DNA of 64,000 bases from Eledone cirrhosa (Eukaryota): positions 29,078,001 through 29,142,000 of the forward strand of contig OZ024740.1 in the NCBI GenBank assembly GCA_964016885.1, read 5' to 3'. Of this stretch, positions 56,765 through 64,000 are shown in pieces. The position numbers were made by a program, and so were the translations under genes. The notes below the pieces were generated by a model that did no database searches, had not been told where the DNA came from, and saw nothing but the letters and a program-made list of their open reading frames with translations. Within the stretch, counting starts at the first letter, position 1; each line of letters opens with the position of its first letter.

Positions 56765-57181
56765 TATATATATATATATATATATGTGTATATATATATA
56801 AATACACATATACATCAGTGCTGTTTGTTTCATCACAGTACCGATGTCGATGCAAAGCTAGTGCACTTTAAACAGATGCAGCCTGTGTGAGATTATCTTT
56901 GATGTTGCCGCCTGTTTGTTTTGCCAAACTTCGCTTCCAGTAACATCTCCGATCTCCATGGAGACACATTTGAACTAAATGACCTCGGATATTTCTCTAA
57001 TGTTTACCATATTAGGTGCACTGTTGCAACTGCACTGCGCCAGGTGTCAGTAAGTCTAGCTGTGTGATGTGTTTGTGTGCACTTAAACAAGCGCACTGCA
57101 GGGAGGGATTACTATGCTGTTGCAGTATCTTGGGTGCAGTAAGGTGAATGACACATTAACATGTGCATCTTATTGAGTGCA

Positions 57182-57402
57182 GTGTGGTGGTGGTTGTGGT
57201 GGTGGTGGTAGTGGTGGTAGTAGTGGTGGTGGTGGTGGTGGTGGTGGTGGCGGCGGTGGTGGTGGTATTGGTGGTGGTGGTGGTTGTGGTGGTGGTAGTG
57301 GTGGTGGTATTGGTGGTATTGGTGGTGGCGGTGGTGGTGGTGGTGATAGTGGTATTGGTGTTGGTGTTGGTATGTGGGTGTATTGGTGGCGGTGGTGGTG
57401 TC
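57182..57402. repeat. (GGT)n microsatellite
   Basis: Direct reading. Confidence 0.9.
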
Positions 57403-58398
57403 CATATTGTTGACAAGTTACAGTGGGGATTGTAGTAAAACAGTTATTGCTATTGTAGTTTAGCCCCTTAATCACCTTCCACCAAGCAGAGCTATGATCG
57501 AAGGTATTCTTGTTGTCAACATCCCATCTTTTGGGGGATTATTATTGTCACAGTATACTCTTACACAGACTTAATTGGCCTCCTGTGAATTTGCATCCCA
57601 TAGGAGACCTCTTGGGGATTTTGTTTAAGTTAGGGACGCCAGTCCTATGATATCACTATTTTTTCCGGGTGACATGAGGCAAAAATTGAACTCAAAACAT
57701 ACAGAACCAGTAAATATAATGACAAGTTAAATGTTTCTCTAATCCGCTACCCTGGGCTGACACGTGATATATCAATACGTGAAAGGACAAATAACAAAGA
57801 TGGCCTCGTGGAGAACTCTGACCGCATAGAGCCGGAAGAAATACGACAATTCCTCTTAAGAATGACACTCAGTGATGAAGTTCTGAGGAGTGGAGATCCA
57901 CTTCTTTGTTACCATTACTCGCAGATTCACAAAGGGATTAATGGAAAACAGAACTGCTGTTGTACCGAGTTCCTTGGGACCGATAGACCATTAAAGGGTA
58001 ACTCACTTCAGTTAGAGAAAACTGCAATCTGCAGTAAAAATATGCAACTGCAGTTATTACCAACAACTGAAAAGCCATGAATTTGTCCGATTGTGAAGCC
58101 AACTAAAGTGAGGCAGACAACCAATAGCACAGCCCTTTTTTTATTGTAGGGACTACAATATCAAATCTGTCTCTTCCGAATTTAAAGCTACTTGAGGAAC
58201 ATTTGGCTGTTATTTCTTGCAGGTAGACTGGCGATGTGGTTAGTATTGTTGTTGATCAGCTCTGAATAAATAGAACCATGATCAAATGTGCTCCTGCAAG
58301 CCTTTCGGTCAAAAGGGGCTTTTGAGACTTAATCCCCTCCAATAATGTTGAAACTTGTTGAATGATCTTAAAGCTTTTTTAGTTAAAACTCTCTTCCT

Positions 58399-58742
58399 CA
58401 TCATCATTCATCATTTCATTTTACGTCCGCTTTTTCCTTGCTTGCAAGGGTGGGACGGGAACTGATTCTGGCTTGATTTCTACAGCTGGATGCCCTTCCT
58501 AACACCAACCTCATTTTCAGTGAGTGCTAGGTGCTTTTTTGCCGTGGCACCTCCACGACCACTTTGCAGTGGAATGATATGGACCCCAGTCCCTATCATC
58601 TCATTTCTACAGCTGAGTAAACTGGAGCAATGTGAAATAAAGTGTCTTGCTCAAGGAAACAACACATCACCCGGTCTGAGAATTGAACTCACAACATTTC
58701 GATTGCAAGGCCAATGCTCTAACCACTAAGCCATGTGCCTCC
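58399..58742 (-). mobile_element. tRNA/CORE-like SINE with RTE-derived 3' end
   Basis: Minus strand: box A TGGCTTAGTGG, box B GAGTTCAATTC, CORE-like CCTTGAGCAAGACACTTT; 3' part matches RTE 3' UTR 30814-30966; (GAT)n tail. Confidence 0.85.
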
Positions 58743-58844
58743 ATTGTCCATGCGCCTTATATATAAATATGTTAGTATGATGCTGTTCTTAATTTCTTTC
58801 TTAACCTCGTATTGTGATAAAACAGCGCAAGCTAATAAGAATGG

Positions 58845-59045
58845 TTTTTACTATTGACACAAGGCCAGCAGATTTGGGGGGAGAGAAAAGTCGATTAACT
58901 CGACCTCTGTGCATGACTGGTACTTTATTTTATCGACCCCGTATGTATGAAATGCAAAACTAACCTCAGCGGGATTTCAAATCAGAAAGTAAAGGGCCGT
59001 AATTCTATGCTGAAAACTCAGTGTCCGACACTTTACTGATACTAC
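58845..59045 (-). mobile_element. SINE family A
   Basis: Core CTGGTACTTTATTTTATCGACCCC. Confidence 0.8.
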
Positions 59046-59294
59046 AATAATAATACACACGTACAGTATATATACTTAAGCACCTCCAACCCCAAAACTC
59101 TCACGGAAGATCTGTGTGAACTGCTTCCTAATTTCAAAAGACTACTATGTGATTTAATTGAGATCTGAATCTTATTATTGGCAGGTGAAGTGGGAACGAG
59201 GCTTGTGTTAACGGTGGTGGTACACGTGTATACAATATGGTGGAAATGATGAATACATTGGACATTACTTATTTTAGTACGAAGTAAGGACTGT

Positions 59295-59508
59295 GGATTG
59301 GAAGTATCGATAGAACGTCGGACAACATGCTTTATGGCATAGAGTTACGGCCCATTATTCTCTGATTTCAAATCCTGCCGAGGTTAACTTTGCCTTTCAT
59401 CGTTAAGGGGTCGATAAAATAAAGTACCAGTAATACACTGGGATCGATTTAATCGACTTCCCTCTTCCCCCAAAATTGCTGGCCTTGTGCCTAATTCAGA
59501 AACCAATT
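59295..59508 (+). mobile_element. SINE family A
   Basis: Core and 3' GCTGGCCTTGTGCC. Confidence 0.85.
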
Positions 59509-59892
59509 TAATACGATGTAGAAAAGATATAAAGTTAGACTAGTACAAAACTGCGCACCTCCCTCGCCACACTCCGGGGAAACGCCTTTTATTCTGTCTG
59601 CCGGGGTCGTGAGGCAGTCAGCCCGTGGGCCCCCATTTTCTCATAATAGTGAGAAATGGGAAGAGACGGAGGCACTGACAGTGGGAGTTTGGTTCCTTTG
59701 TGTTCGGACCTGGTGTATATATATATGTTTCTTATGGTTATGTATAGCTTAATTATACAACGTACAGCTTACCATGATATATAGCTGAATGTTTCAATAC
59801 AAAGTAGACGGTGTCTTTGGAAATATTCTCCCCTTCCAGAACGGTACCAGTTACCTAAGTTCAAAAATAGCTTTCATTATTTTATTTGTATT

Positions 59893-60040
59893 TTCTGAGC
59901 TCAAACCCCGCAGAGGTTAGCTTTGCCTTTTATCCTTACGGAGTCGATAAAATAAAGTACCAGTAATGCATTGGAGTCGATTTAATCGACTTCCCCTCCA
60001 CTTCAAATTGCTGGCCTTGTGCCTAAATTAGAAACAATTG
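59893..60040 (+). mobile_element. SINE family A, 5'-truncated
   Basis: Core and 3' end. Confidence 0.8.
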
Positions 60041-60408
60041 TTTTATTTGTTTTTTATTATTTTATTTGCTGCCCTGGTGGCCAATAAAGAAAGCATTATT
60101 TTATCTGTATCCAACACACAGTAATCACTGCTACTTATCTTTTAACCAATCACTACACTAGGAAACAAAGTCTTTAACTAGTAAAAAATAAAATTTTGGA
60201 AATAAATATCGTGAAGACTGCCGGGATATCTAACGACAAGAAAATATATTGGAGATAAACTTCTAGTTTCTCGTGCACACATTTGAACCAATCTGTGGTG
60301 GACCAATCTGCTAAAAATGTTAGTCCAATCTCTTTCATATAATATTTCATTCTGTTTGGAAAGGGAAGGGGATACATTAGACTATACATACGTAGATATC
60401 CCTTAAAA

Positions 60409-61117
60409 CAGTGGTCCCTAAACCTCCTGCGCCATGGACCGGTGTCATGCAAGACAATGTCTCCAAGGACAGAGGGGGCGTCAGTGTGGTCACGCGCATA
60501 ACAAAACACAATAAACAATAAAGTGTATATTATATAATTATATGTTAATTTTCGATTGGCAGTAGCATCGGTAGAGCGTCGGACAACATGTTTTGCAACA
60601 TATAATTACTTCCGTCTACGTTCTGAGTTCAAATCCTGCGGAGGTTAGCTTTACCTTTCATCCTTACGCGCTCAATAAAATAAAGTACCAGTCACGCACT
60701 GGGGTTGATTTAATCGACTTCCCCTCCTCCACAATTGCTGGCCTTGTGCCTAAATTAGAAATAATTATTAATTTAATTATTACATTCATACTGTAAATAT
60801 AAGTTGAACTGAGTCAATAAACCCTTCAAATTTTATTTATGGAATATATCATATAAATACAGTTTAATAGGAAAAGAAATAAAGAAAATTTAGATTGAAA
60901 GAAATGGAATGTAAAATAGGAAAATATTAAGAAAAAAGAGGAAAAAAAAGGGGGGGGGTAAGGACTCTAGCCTCACAGGAGAGGGGTGAAGGATGATTTG
61001 TTCTGGGCCTATTGCTCGGCGGTAAAGGGTTATCGCCTCGCGGAAAAGGCCGCAAAAGCATTCTTAGAGTGTGGCTTGGTAATAAAAGATCCGAGGCCCA
61101 GCGGTTGGAGACCACAG
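60409..61117. mobile_element. hAT (Charlie-like) non-autonomous element with nested SINE
   Basis: TIRs CAGTGGTCCCTAAACC / GGTTGGAGACCACAG; 7/8 TSD CCTTAAAA / CCTTAAAT. Confidence 0.7.
60557..60770 (+). mobile_element. SINE family A nested in hAT element
   Basis: TGGCAGTAGCATCGGTAGAGCG head, box B, core, (ATT)n tail. Confidence 0.85.
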
Positions 61118-61196
61118 CCTTAAATATATCCATTGCTATGATATATTTGATCATATGTCTGCTAAATCAGGGTTGACCTGGTACTAAACAACAATA

Positions 61197-61342
61197 ACTG
61201 TTTCTACTTTTGGCACAAGGCCAGCAATTATCTCAGTACATTACTGGTACTTTATTTTATCGACTCCGTAAGGATGAAAGGCAAAGTAAACCTCGACTGG
61301 ATTTGAACTCAGACCGTAAAGGGACGTAACTATGCTGGAAAG
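61197..61342 (-). mobile_element. SINE family A interrupted by Gypsy LTR
   Basis: Matches the 4018 copy up to the LTR boundary. Confidence 0.82.
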
Positions 61343-61620
61343 TGTTGTATTCCTCTCGGTACTCGCAGAGAAAACACGAGTTATATCAAATAAGTTGTGT
61401 ATTGTACGAAACAACCTAAACGCCCCTCCTCACAGTAGCAGAATAACATAAAGTAAGTGACAGCAGCAGTCTGTAACCGAGTTTTTAATACCAACGCTGA
61501 CTGACTGCCCAGGTCACGTGATTCATATGCAAATGTGTGAGCACGTGTAAATTGAATAAAACGAATTTAACAGTCCATACAACAATGAGGTTGTGAGTTC
61601 GATTCCCAGTCCATACAACA
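61343..61620 (-). repeat. Gypsy 3' LTR (278 bp)
   Basis: TGTTGTAT...ATACAACA termini; polypurine tract GGTGGGGAGG (minus) at 61621-61630. Confidence 0.88.
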
Positions 61621-61654
61621 CCTCCCCACCGAAATCGATGCGACAAAAGAAGCA

Positions 61655-64000
61655 TCAACAGCAAAGTCTCTCTGGGGGTTTACGAGTTCTCTTGGACCGT
61701 CTTCGATTGTTTGGTCCATACTCTGGAACGGGCAATAAGGTCTTTGGTCTGGTCTGTCTTGGAGTTAGTGACACGATTTCCGAGATCTCCATAGGGTGAT
61801 CTGTTGCAAATTCAAAAACTGTGTCTACTGCATCACCAGGTTCATTGTCTTCCTCAGTAGTGTACCGCGGTTGCAGCTGTTCCCAGTGTCGTCTCCACAC
61901 CGGGCCATGAGGTATGACCTTAACGTGGAAGCAGCGAGTACCCAATGACTTTTTAATGATTGCTGGTACCCATCGGGGATCTTTGTCTCGGCGAGGTCCG
62001 TAGTACAGTGCATACACAGGATCTCCAGCCTTGTACTGCCTGGTAACCTTAGCGACACCTGCCGAGTCCGGAGTCATCTGAGACTTATATGCTTCCTTAG
62101 ACTGCTTGCCTTGAGCGATGTGTGCTGGCGAGGGCAGCAGAGAATCAATCCTTGTCCGTATCTGCCGGTGATTCAAAAGTTCACTCGGAGAGAATCCACT
62201 GGATGTCGGTGTTCTCCGGTACTGCATCAAGAACTCTTGAAGTGCTCGCTTTGGCGGAAGAGAAGTCTTCCTCGGAGCTTGTTTGAAGGTCTGCACCAAA
62301 CGTTCCGCTGCTCCGTTGGTAGCTGGGTGGTAAGGTGCCCCTGTCAGGTGCGTGATCCCACGTTCTTTGCACCAGCTCTGGAACTCCTCAGAAATAAAAG
62401 TTGGTGCGTTATCGGTGACTAGCGTGTGAGGAAATCCGAAGTGCGCAAAGTCTTCTTCAAGCAGATCTAAAGTGGCTCTGGAGGACGTGGATGACGTAGG
62501 ATGAATGCATGGATACTTGGAATAAGCATCCGTGATGACCAACCAATTACTGCCCATGAAATTTATTGCGTGATCCAGGTGTAAGCGGCTCCAAGGCTTT
62601 TCAGGTAACATCCATGGGTGAACTGGAGACTTGGATGGCTGGTTTTGATGTTCACCACACGAATCACATTGTCGACTGGTTTTCTCTATAGCAGCATCGA
62701 TACCAGGCCAATAAACAGCAGTTCTTGCCAATTGTTTCATGCACTCCATGCCAAAGTGTCCGAGATGCAGAAGATTGAGGATCTTTGGCTGTAAGCTATG
62801 TGGAATCACAACTCTCGATCCATGGATAAGGCATCCGTGGCAGATACTGAGTGAATCCGATAACTTCCGGAACTTATTGACTTCGTCATTGATCTCAGTA
62901 TTCTTTGGTGGCCAGCCTTCACGGACGTAGCGTATCACTGTAGATATCACTGGATCTTTCCCTGACTCTTGACGGAGGACGTTAGCATCGATAGGTTGGA
63001 CTTGAAGACTGAGAGCTTTGATGGCGCACACCATGTCCATGTCTTCACCATTTTCCTTCCTGTCAAAGTCGACGTCATTACCAAATGGCAAGCGACTGAG
63101 GGCATCTGCATTGCCATGATCCGCTGTTTTCCGATATTCGATGGTGTAGTCAAATTGGTTCAGCCACAGGGCCCACCGTGCTAGTCGGTTAGCAGCGAGA
63201 AGTGGCGTCCCTTTCCTCGGACTGAACAGTGATGTCAGTGGCTTGTGGTCAGTTACGAGTATAAACTGATGTCCGTACAGATACTGATAGAACTTCTGCA
63301 AGCGAAATATGATGGCCAGGGCTTCCTTTTGAATTTGGCCGTAGTTACGCTGTGCAGAAGTAAGAGTCTTGGACACATTGGATATTGGGCGCTCGCTTCC
63401 ATCAGTATACCTATGAAACAGGACTGCTCCAATTCCAACGTTTGACGCGTCGCAAGCCAGTCCCAAAGTTTTGTTTGGATCGAAGTGTATCAGAACTCGA
63501 TCCGATGAAAGCACATTTTTCGACTGATCGAAAGCTGACTATTCTTCATCTCCCCACTTCCAAGTAGTCGTTTTTTTCGTAAGGCAATAGAGTGGCTCTG
63601 CCATGCTGGCCAGGTTTGGGATAAACTTTCCATAGAACTGAACTGAACCCAGGAAAGACTTCAAGCTTGAGACGTTCGTTGGAGGTGGCATCTTTAAAAC
63701 TGCTTCGACCTTGGATCCCTTCGCGATCCCTTCAGCCGACAAGGTGTGTCCAAGGTATTCCACACTGGGTAGTGCAAACTGGCACTTGTCACGGCGACAT
63801 CTGAGTCCTTTGTCGCACAGACGTGTGAGCAGACACTTTAGGTTGTTCAGGTGATCGTTTGCATCTTTCCCACTGACGAGCATGTCATCCTGGAAGACGG
63901 CCACACCAGGTAGATCTTGAGTCAGGTTTTCCATGATCTCCTGAAAGTAACCAGGTGCTGACTTGATTCCGAAAGGGAGTCGTTCCTGCAGGAGCACCCC
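61655..64000 (-). pseudogene. pol: Ty3/Gypsy pol (RT-RNaseH-integrase), one in-frame stop; runs off the window
   Basis: LPFG, FQDD, YLGH, CDAS, NADALSR, H..H..C..C zinc finger, DNAP, PYHPATNGAAER; the two ORFs share one frame. Confidence 0.95.

Noticed and set aside
57808-58080. 90-aa non-repetitive ORF as a host exon
   Set aside because: No recognisable domain or supported splice structure
58690-58742. tRNA gene
   Set aside because: Box A/B present but no full cloverleaf; it is a SINE head
60174-60518. 114-aa ORF
   Set aside because: Crosses a hAT element boundary; no recognisable motif

Overview
Gene-free, repeat-saturated eukaryotic DNA, most likely cephalopod (octopus-like). That assignment is inferred from the abundant (TA)n/(TG)n microsatellites and a SINE family with core CCTTTCATCCTTACGGGGTCGATAAAATAAAGTACCAG. 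No host protein-coding exon can be supported. The window holds three Tx1/L1-clade LINE copies, one RTE LINE with an intact 1056-aa ORF carrying a PHD-like finger inside the RT, RTE and CR1-type 3' fragments, a Gypsy LTR element with one nonsense codon, eight copies of one tRNA-SINE plus one CORE-like SINE with an RTE tail, two hAT MITEs with TSDs, a foldback element, minisatellites, and at least six Penelope-like element (PLE) remnants. The strongest signal is non-coding. About a dozen type I hammerhead ribozyme motifs sit at PLE 3' ends, including U3-A8 covariant cores and forms with a ~100-115-nt stem II. A recurrent architecture, (TA)n - arm - loop - inverted arm - tail - (TA)n, is built from PLE termini of several unrelated families. 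Coordinates were read by eye and may be off by a few bases. No searches or folding programs were run.
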